From assembly GCA_963839905.1 (NCBI GenBank), contig CAWIXC010000004.1, forward strand, positions 12,005 through 76,004: 64,000 nt of DNA, in the 5' to 3' direction. The position numbers and the translations under genes are program-made. Source of the DNA: an uncultured Actinomycetes bacterium. Lineage in GTDB: Bacteria > Actinomycetota > Thermoleophilia > Solirubrobacterales > Solirubrobacteraceae. How positions within the stretch are numbered: position 1 is the stretch's first letter; each line of letters opens with the position of its first letter. The notes under the pieces were generated by a model, which worked only from the letters and a program-made list of their open reading frames with translations, was not told the DNA's origin and ran no database searches. Positions 54,876-61,806 of this stretch are shown here, piece by piece.

Positions 54876-55199
54876 TTACAGCTCTTCGACCTCGTCAGCC
54901 TCGGGCTCGGCGTTCTCGTCGTCGTCGACCACGTCGTCGTCGCTCGGAAGCCCGGCGGTGAGCGCGGTCCCGTGGCGGACCTGGAAGGCCTGCATGAGCT
55001 CGTCGCGGGCGGACTCGTCGATCGGCGACTCGTCGGAGATCAGGACCCAGTCGGCGCCCTCGAAGTCCTCCATGTTGAAGATCTCGGTGTCGACGTCGGG
55101 TGAGTCGTCCACGACGATCAGCACCTCGGTCTGCGGGTTGAAGTACGTGCCGGGACGGTTGACGATGTCGTCGAGGTCGAACTGGCGGGGGTTGGCCAT
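54876..55199 (-). CDS. Small highly acidic protein
   Basis: 107 aa with an Asp/Glu-rich C-terminus and an ordinary N-terminal half (PGTYFNPQTEVLIVVDD...). Confidence 0.55.
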   Translation of the reverse strand: MANPRQFDLDDIVNRPGTYFNPQTEVLIVVDDSPDVDTEIFNMEDFEGADWVLISDESPIDESARDELMQAFQVRHGTALTAGLPSDDDVVDDDENAEPEADEVEEL

Positions 55200-55211
55200 G
55201 GACTATCTGTA

Positions 55212-55646
55212 TCAGTTCAGGTCGCGCAGGCGACGCTCGATCTCCGAGTCGACGTCGAGCGGTTGGAGGCCCGCGCGCTCGCGGCGGCGGTTGCGAGCCT
55301 CGACGAGGGCGCGCATCTCGTCGCGCAGCTCGTCGCCGTGCGTGTCACCTCCGACCGCGCCGCCGGGCCCCGCCCCAGTCAGTGCCGCAAGCTCGGCTTC
55401 GACGTCCAGCGGCGTCTGCCCGTGGCGCGCGCGGCGGGCGTTGCGCGCCTCGAGCAGCTCGCGGATCTCCTCGTCGCGGTCGTCGGGCGGGGCGATCGCG
55501 GGCGGCGGCTCGTCGACCGCCGGTGAGTCCAGCCCGCCCTTGCCGATCTCCCGGTATGCGTGCCCGCTCGTCGCGACCGTGTAGAGCGCGACGACGCCGG
55601 CGATCACGACGACGACGATGACGAGCGTCACGAGGGCGTCCTCCAT
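55212..55646 (-). CDS. Membrane-anchored protein with an internal duplicated helical motif
   Basis: 144 aa. N-terminal TM helix. Repeats EIRELLEARNARRARHGQTPLDVEAEL and EMRALVEARNRRRERAGLQPLDVDSEI. Confidence 0.55.
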   Translation of the reverse strand: MEDALVTLVIVVVVIAGVVALYTVATSGHAYREIGKGGLDSPAVDEPPPAIAPPDDRDEEIRELLEARNARRARHGQTPLDVEAELAALTGAGPGGAVGGDTHGDELRDEMRALVEARNRRRERAGLQPLDVDSEIERRLRDLN

Positions 55647-55754
55647 GCGGCGATCATCGCAATCCTCTACAGAAAAGCGCGTGGAAGTCCGATACTCTGC
55701 GGGTAACAGGAGTTGACTGACCAGTCAATCGGACCCAGACTTCCAGGAGCCACC

Positions 55755-56927
55755 ATGGTCGATTTCACGCTGACCGACGAGCAGAAGGACCTCCGAGAGC
55801 TTGCGCACGACTTCGCGGAGAAGGAGATCCGTCCCGTCGCGTGGGAGCTCGACCGCGATGGCGGATGGCCGCAGGCGATCATCGACAAGGCGCACGAGGT
55901 CGGCCTGATGAACACCCACATCCCCGAGGAGTACGGGGGACCGGGCCTCAGCACGCTCGACGGCTGCGTCATCGAGGAGGAGATGTCGTGGGGCTGCTCG
56001 GGCGTCCAGACCTCGCTCGGCGCCAACGGCCTCGCCGCGGCACCCGTGCTGCTCGGCGGCGCCGAGGACGTCAAGCGCGAGTTCTGCGAGGCGCTCGTCG
56101 ACGATGTCAAGCTCGCGTCCTTCTGCCTGACCGAGCCGGATGCGGGCTCGGACGTCTCAGGCATGCGGACCCGCGCGGTCCGCAACGGCGACAAGTACGT
56201 CATCAACGGCTCGAAGTGCTTCATCACGAACGGCAGCTACGCCGACTACTTCGTCGTCTACGCCAAGACCGACCCCGAGGCCGGGCATCGCGGCATCTCC
56301 GCGTTCCTCGTCGCGAAGGACGACACGGTCATCGTGGACAAGAAGGAAGACAAGATGGGCCAGCGGGCGTCGAACACCGCGACGATCACCTTCAACGACA
56401 CCGAGGTCGACGCGCGCTATCTGCTCGGCGAGGAGAACAAGGGCTTCAAGCTCGCGATGATGGTCCTCGACCGCACGCGCCCCGGCGTCGCGGCGATGGC
56501 GACCGGCATCTCGCGCGCGGCGTTCGAGATGGCGACGGCCTACGCCAAGGAGCGCGTGCAGTTCGGCGTGCCGATCGCGATGCACCAGGCGATTCAGTTC
56601 ATGATCGCCGACATGGCGACGAAGGTGCACCTCTCGCGCCTCGCGGTGTGGAACAGCGCGGTGCTGCTCGACCAGGGCAGGCGCAACACGCTCGAGTCCT
56701 CGCACGCCAAGCGCTTCGCGGCCGACACCGCGATGGAGGTCACGACCGACGCCGTGCAGATCTTCGGCGGCTACGGCTTCATCAAGGAGTACAAGATCGA
56801 GAAGCTCATGCGCGACGCGAAGATCATGCAGCTCTACGAGGGCACGTCGCAGATTCAGCGCCTGGTCATCGCCCGCGAGACGCTGCTGCCGCGGCGCATC
56901 GAGGAGCCGGCGACGGCGACGGCGTAG
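55755..56927 (+). CDS. Acyl-CoA dehydrogenase
   Basis: 390 aa from ATG 55755 after CAGGAG. ...FCLTEPDAGSDVSGMRTRA...NGSKCFITNG...QIFGGYGFIKEYKIEKLMRDAKIMQLYEGTSQIQ. Confidence 0.9.
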   Translation: MVDFTLTDEQKDLRELAHDFAEKEIRPVAWELDRDGGWPQAIIDKAHEVGLMNTHIPEEYGGPGLSTLDGCVIEEEMSWGCSGVQTSLGANGLAAAPVLLGGAEDVKREFCEALVDDVKLASFCLTEPDAGSDVSGMRTRAVRNGDKYVINGSKCFITNGSYADYFVVYAKTDPEAGHRGISAFLVAKDDTVIVDKKEDKMGQRASNTATITFNDTEVDARYLLGEENKGFKLAMMVLDRTRPGVAAMATGISRAAFEMATAYAKERVQFGVPIAMHQAIQFMIADMATKVHLSRLAVWNSAVLLDQGRRNTLESSHAKRFAADTAMEVTTDAVQIFGGYGFIKEYKIEKLMRDAKIMQLYEGTSQIQRLVIARETLLPRRIEEPATATA

Positions 56928-56978
56928 CGCGCGGCGCTGCCGCGACGGCTGTGCCGGGTCGACCGCCATACTGCGCCG

Positions 56979-57461
56979 ATGGCGCCACGCCGTCGGAGCA
57001 CCGAGGCGGCCGTCGCCGAGACGGCAGCCCACAACGACGTCCGCGCGGCGGCGGGTGCCACGACGCCGTCGGGCACCGGCGGTGGTGGTGTGGGCGGCGG
57101 ACCCGGCTCGGCGGATCCGCTCGTCGCGGGGCTGCGCAAGGCCGGGCTGCTGCGGCTGCTCGTCTTGCACCTGCTCGGTCAGGGGCCGTCGTACGGCAAC
57201 CAGCTCATGGAGCGCGTCGGCGAGCTGACGAACGGCCTGGTCGGCGTGAACCCCAACACGATGTACCCGCTGCTGCGCGCGCTCGAGGCCGAGGGCCTCG
57301 TCGCTGGCGAGTGGGAGCATCCCGAGCGCCGGTCGCGCCGCTTCTACCGGCTGACCGCGGAGGGCGCGTCCCAGCGCGACGCGCTCGTGTCCGAGTTCGG
57401 CCCGCGCCTGGACGAGCTTGCCGTCGCCGTCGACCTGCTGCGGCGCGAGCTGCTTGGCTGA
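56979..57461 (+). CDS. PadR-family transcriptional regulator
   Basis: LLRLLVLHLLGQGPSYGNQLMERV...TMYPLLRALEAEGLVAGEWE...RRFYRLTAEG. Confidence 0.85.
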   Translation: MAPRRRSTEAAVAETAAHNDVRAAAGATTPSGTGGGGVGGGPGSADPLVAGLRKAGLLRLLVLHLLGQGPSYGNQLMERVGELTNGLVGVNPNTMYPLLRALEAEGLVAGEWEHPERRSRRFYRLTAEGASQRDALVSEFGPRLDELAVAVDLLRRELLG

Positions 57462-57480
57462 GGGCGCGGACGCCCGCGTG

Positions 57481-57944
57481 CTACTTCTTCTTCGAGCCGT
57501 TCCCGCGACCGGACTCACCCTGCATGGGGCTCGGACGCAGGGGCTGGGGGCCGGGAGTCGGCGTCGGCTGTGCTTTGGGCTTTCCGAACATGCGGCGAGT
57601 CCAGCCCCGGCTGGTGAGGGCAACAACCCACGCGGCGAGCTCTGCCGCAAGCATGATCAACCCGACGCCGAACACGAAATAGAGCCTCGCCAGTTGTCTT
57701 GCGTTGCAGTCGTAGCTTGTCGCTCGGTGGAGCGCGAGGTCACGATGAATCTCAGCGAGCGTCGCGGGAGACGTCGTCTCGATGTACGTGCCCCGACGAA
57801 GGAGGTCGTGATTGCTGCCGCCGCGATGAGAATGCCTGCGCGCGACCGGAGCTCGTTCACGGCGCGCTCTTGCGCATCGAGCGCTCGACCTGCCTCGTCG
57901 AACGCAAGCCTGTAGCTATCGCCGTGATCTCCGGGATCCCCCAT
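57481..57944 (-). pseudogene. Membrane-protein gene apparently split by a frameshift
   Basis: ATG 57944 frame: MGDPGDHGDSYRLAFDEAGRALDAQERAVNELRSRAGILIAAAAITTSFVG, then nonsense to the stop at 57657. A second frame continues coherently from about 57790: GTYIETTSPATLAEIHRDLALHRATSYDCNARQLARLYFVFGVGLIMLAAELAAWVVALTS... to the stop at 57481. Confidence 0.4.
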
Positions 57945-58059
57945 CTCCCGCACGGTAGATCGCCCGGTGGACGGAGCACGCGCGCGGCGTCCGGCGGGGG
58001 TTCTGACAATCTTCTGCGGCCATGAGGCCGCGCCCACAACCACAAGGAGTTCCCACAAG

Positions 58060-60051
58060 GTGTTCGTGTTCAAGGCCGCGGTCGTCGGCGCAGGGACGAT
58101 GGGCGGCGAGATCGCCCAGGTCATCGCTTCAGCCGGCATCCCGGTGGTGCTGAAGGACGTCAAGCAGGAGTTCGTCGATCTCGGCCTGAAGAAGGCCGAG
58201 GAGGTCACGCAAGCCCAGCTGGGCAACCTCGTGCGCAAGGAGAAGATCTCAGAGGAGCAGGCCGCCGAGCAGGCGACGGAGATCCTCGGGCGGATCACCG
58301 GGACGACGGCGTACGACGGCTTCGGCGACGTCGACTTCGTCGTCGAGGCGGTCCCGGAGCGGATGGAGATCAAGCAGGCGGTGCTCGCCGAGCTCGATGC
58401 CTGCACGCCGGGGCACGCGATCCTCGCCTCGAACACGTCGGCGCTCTCGATCTCCGAGATGGCGCTCGCGACGCAGCGCCCCGACAAGGTCGTCGGCTTT
58501 CACTTCTTCTATCCCGCGTCGATGATGCGCCTCGTCGAGATCGTCGAGGGAGAGGACACGTCGGCGGAGACGATGCAGGTCGCGACGACGTTCGCCCAGG
58601 CGATCCGCAAGCTGCCGATCACCTGCGGCGAGGAGCCCGGCTTCGTCGTCAACCGGATCCTGAACTCCGCGATCTCCGAGGTCTGGCGGATGCAGGAGGA
58701 GGGAGGGCTGTCGATCAAGGCGATCGACGACGCCGTCGCCACGTCACGGGTCGCGCCCATGGGCCCGTTCTTTCTCACCGATCTGCTCGGGCTCGACACC
58801 GTCCTGCACGTCGCCGAGCACCTGCACGACTGCTACGGCGACAGCTTCTACGTCCACGAGGGCATGAGCGCCCTGGTGGCGGCGGGCGAGCTCGGCGCGA
58901 AGACCGGCAAGGGCTTCTACGACAACGGCGAGCCGCGCTCGGACGGCGAGACGGAGTTCGACGCCGACGAGCTCGCGCTGCGGTTCGTCCTGAAGGCGTT
59001 CGTCGAGGCGTGCCTCGTGCTCGAGGACGGCATGGCGACCGTGCGCGACATCGACCTCGGCATGATGGCCGGCGCCGGCCTGATCCCGCCGCCGTTCGCG
59101 CGCGCCGACCAGACCGGCCTCGACGTCGTGCTCGGCCAGCTGGAGACCGCGGCCTCCGAGTGGGGCGAGCGCTTCGCGCCGCCGCTGATCCTGCGCCGGC
59201 TCGTCGCGCAGGGGCGGCTCGGCGCGAAGACCGGCCAGGGCTTCTTCGCGTACGCCAAGCCCGACTCCGGCGAGTTCGAACAGGGCGAGGCGGTCAAGCT
59301 CGAGACGCGCGGCGACGTCGCGGTGGCGTGGATGGACCGGCCGCCGGCGAACTCGCTGTCGCCGCAGGTCATCACGGAGCTCGGGCGCTTGTGGGACCAC
59401 GTCGACGCCGACCCAGCCGTGCGCGTCCTCGTCATCTGCTCGGCGAACCCGATGCTGTGGTGCGCCGGGGCGGACATCAAGGCGTTCACGACGATGGACG
59501 CGGAGGCCGGCGCGGCGATGCTGGCCAAGGGTCATGCGCTCCTGCGGCGCATGGAGTCCTCGTCGACGGTGACGATCGCGGCGGTCAACGCGGTCGCTTA
59601 CGGTGGCGGCTGCGAGCTGGCGATGGCGTGCGACGTGCGGATCGCGGCGCAGTCGGCGAGCTTCGGCCAGCCGGAGATCAACCTCGGGATCATCCCCGGT
59701 CTCGGCGGCACGCAGCGCCTGCCGCGGCTCGTAGGCACCGCGCGGGCTTTGGAGCTCAACCTCACGGGCGACCCGATCGCCGCCGCGGAGGCGTTCGAGA
59801 TCGGCCTCGTGACGCGGGTCGTGCCCGACCACGAGCTGCACGACGTCGCGATAGCGTGGGCGCGCAAGCTCGCGGGCCAGGCTCCGCTGGCGGTGCGGGC
59901 GATCAAGCGCACGACCGCCGGCGACGCCGACCTCGACGAGGGCATCGCGGCCGAGCAGGCGGCGTTCGCGGAGGTCTTCGCGACGTCCGACGCGCGCGAG
60001 GGCATCGGCGCGTTCCTGAGCAAGCGCCAGGCGGCGTGGAAGGGCGAGTAG
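58060..60051 (+). CDS. Bifunctional 3-hydroxyacyl-CoA dehydrogenase / enoyl-CoA hydratase (HAD N-terminal, crotonase C-terminal)
   Basis: 663 aa from GTG 58060 after AAGGAG. Rossmann VVGAGTMGGEIA, HAD body (ILASNTSALS, VGFHFFYPA). C-terminal crotonase (AAVNAVAYGGGCELAMACD, FGQPEINLGIIPGLGGTQRL). Confidence 0.9.
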   Translation: MFVFKAAVVGAGTMGGEIAQVIASAGIPVVLKDVKQEFVDLGLKKAEEVTQAQLGNLVRKEKISEEQAAEQATEILGRITGTTAYDGFGDVDFVVEAVPERMEIKQAVLAELDACTPGHAILASNTSALSISEMALATQRPDKVVGFHFFYPASMMRLVEIVEGEDTSAETMQVATTFAQAIRKLPITCGEEPGFVVNRILNSAISEVWRMQEEGGLSIKAIDDAVATSRVAPMGPFFLTDLLGLDTVLHVAEHLHDCYGDSFYVHEGMSALVAAGELGAKTGKGFYDNGEPRSDGETEFDADELALRFVLKAFVEACLVLEDGMATVRDIDLGMMAGAGLIPPPFARADQTGLDVVLGQLETAASEWGERFAPPLILRRLVAQGRLGAKTGQGFFAYAKPDSGEFEQGEAVKLETRGDVAVAWMDRPPANSLSPQVITELGRLWDHVDADPAVRVLVICSANPMLWCAGADIKAFTTMDAEAGAAMLAKGHALLRRMESSSTVTIAAVNAVAYGGGCELAMACDVRIAAQSASFGQPEINLGIIPGLGGTQRLPRLVGTARALELNLTGDPIAAAEAFEIGLVTRVVPDHELHDVAIAWARKLAGQAPLAVRAIKRTTAGDADLDEGIAAEQAAFAEVFATSDAREGIGAFLSKRQAAWKGE

Positions 60052-60776
60052 CGGCACTCGCGGAGCTCGTTCGGTCCGCGCGGTCGGTCGTCGCGCTGAC
60101 CGGTGCCGGGATCTCGGTGCCCTCCGGGATCCCGGACTTCCGCACGCCGGGCACGGGCATCTGGGAGCACGTCGACCCGATGGAGGTCGCGCACATCGAC
60201 GCCTGGCGCGCGGACCCCGAGCGCTTCTGGTCGTTCTACGGTCAGCGCTTCCAGACGCTTGGCGACAAGCAGCCCAACGGCGCCCACGCGGCGCTCGCCG
60301 AGCTCGAGGCACGCGGCCTGCTCGACGCCGTCGTCACGCAGAACATCGACATGCTGCACCGCAAGGCCGGTACGCGGGTGCTGATCGAGGTCCACGGCTC
60401 GATCGCGACCTCGTCGTGCCCGGCATGCCGCGCGAGCTACGGCCTGGACGAGGTCATCGCCCGCTTCGGCGCAGGCGCGATGCCGCTGTGCGATTGCGGC
60501 CGGCCGCTGAAGCCCGACGTCGTCCTGTTCGGCGAGCACCTGCCCGCCGACGCGATCGAGCGCGCGACCGAGCTCTGCGCGCAAGCGGACCTCCTGCTGT
60601 GCATCGGCTCGTCGCTCGAGGTCCATCCGGTCGCCCAGCTCCCGCAGCTCACGCTCGCGGCCGGGGGAGACGTCGCGATCGTCACGCAGGGCCCGACGCC
60701 GCTCGACGACCGGGCGGCCGTCAAGCTCGACGGCGACGTCGAAGACGAGCTGCGCGCGCTCGTCGCCGCCTTGTAG
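60036..60776 (+). CDS. cobB: Sir2-family NAD-dependent protein deacylase
   Basis: 246 aa. GTG 60036 overlaps the upstream gene by 16 nt. GAGISVPSGIPDFR, TQNIDMLH, Zn cysteines CPAC...CDCG, FGE. Confidence 0.85.
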   Translation: MEGRVAALAELVRSARSVVALTGAGISVPSGIPDFRTPGTGIWEHVDPMEVAHIDAWRADPERFWSFYGQRFQTLGDKQPNGAHAALAELEARGLLDAVVTQNIDMLHRKAGTRVLIEVHGSIATSSCPACRASYGLDEVIARFGAGAMPLCDCGRPLKPDVVLFGEHLPADAIERATELCAQADLLLCIGSSLEVHPVAQLPQLTLAAGGDVAIVTQGPTPLDDRAAVKLDGDVEDELRALVAAL

Positions 60777-60896
60777 GCGGGCGACACCTTCGCGCCGCCG
60801 CCCAGCCTGGCCGGGAGACCCGCAGGGTCCCCGAGGAGAAGGCGCCCGCGTGCGACACCTTCGCCGCACCACCTCCGCCGCGGCGCGCAGACGCGG

Positions 60897-61760
60897 TCAG
60901 ACACCGTCGGCGGTGCGAGCGCGGAGGGCCGCTTCGATGCGCCCCAGCACGAATCGCACAGCCTCGATCTGGCCGTCCTCGAGCCCGCCTTGCAGCGCGG
61001 TCGCGGCGGCGGCTCGCACCTCGTCGCCTCGCGCCGCCAGCTCGTCGAGGCGCGCCGCCAGCCCCGCCTGCTCGCGCCACGGCTCGAGCTCGGCAAGCGC
61101 CGCCTCCAGCGCGACGCCAAGCTGCAGCGCGGCCTCACGCCAGCGCCCGGCGTCGAGATCGCCGCGCGCTCGCAGGACGAGCTCCTCGCACGCGAGCACC
61201 GGATCGCGACCCGCGAGCACCGCGACGAGGCGCTCCTGGGGACGCAGCGACACGCGCCGCAGCGCCGGCTCGTCGCGGCCGCGCGGCAGCTCGAACGCCC
61301 GCTGCCAGCGGCCGTCGGCGACGTGCTCGCCGTCGCCGTAGCCGACGCGCACGGCGATCGCCCGCGACAGCGCGACCTCGCGCGTGAACGGGTCGGCCGT
61401 GGCCACCCGGTGTGCGTGCAGGACACGGTTGAGGCGGGCGACGGCATCGACTGCGAGCGCGCCGAGATCGGCCGAGCGCAGCCACTCGTCTGCCGCGGCC
61501 GGGCCGCTGAGCGCGACGGTGTCGACGAGCGTCGCCCGCGACGTGACCACGGGCGATGGCGGCGGGTCCGCGGGCACAGCGGGGGCGCCGCGACGCCGGC
61601 GCGGCAGCCGCCGGCGCTCCGCCGCCCCGAGGACGCGCAGGACGAGGATCCAGCGCACGCCCTCGCCGAGATGCTCGCGGATCGAGTAGCGCCCGGGGTC
61701 CGGGCCCAGCGGCCAGGCGAACTCGAGCTGGACAAAGCGAAACCGCCGTGACGAGGTCAC
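60897..61760 (-). CDS. Hypothetical protein
   Basis: 287-codon ORF with ordinary composition. The GTG start at 61760 lies inside a strong hairpin, so the true start may be further downstream. Confidence 0.5.
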   Translation of the reverse strand: MTSSRRFRFVQLEFAWPLGPDPGRYSIREHLGEGVRWILVLRVLGAAERRRLPRRRRGAPAVPADPPPSPVVTSRATLVDTVALSGPAAADEWLRSADLGALAVDAVARLNRVLHAHRVATADPFTREVALSRAIAVRVGYGDGEHVADGRWQRAFELPRGRDEPALRRVSLRPQERLVAVLAGRDPVLACEELVLRARGDLDAGRWREAALQLGVALEAALAELEPWREQAGLAARLDELAARGDEVRAAAATALQGGLEDGQIEAVRFVLGRIEAALRARTADGV

Positions 61761-61770
61761 GGCGGTTTCG
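61738..61770 (-). terminator. Intrinsic-terminator-like hairpin after the cell-wall hydrolase gene
   Basis: CGAAACCGCCGTGAC-GAG-GTCACGGCGGTTTCG: a perfect 15-bp stem. On the minus strand it is followed by CTTTGTCC. Lies 37 nt downstream of the stop at 61807. Confidence 0.6.
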
Positions 61771-61806
61771 GTACTGCTGAGCCCGGAGGCCCGGTTGCGA
61801 TGGCTG

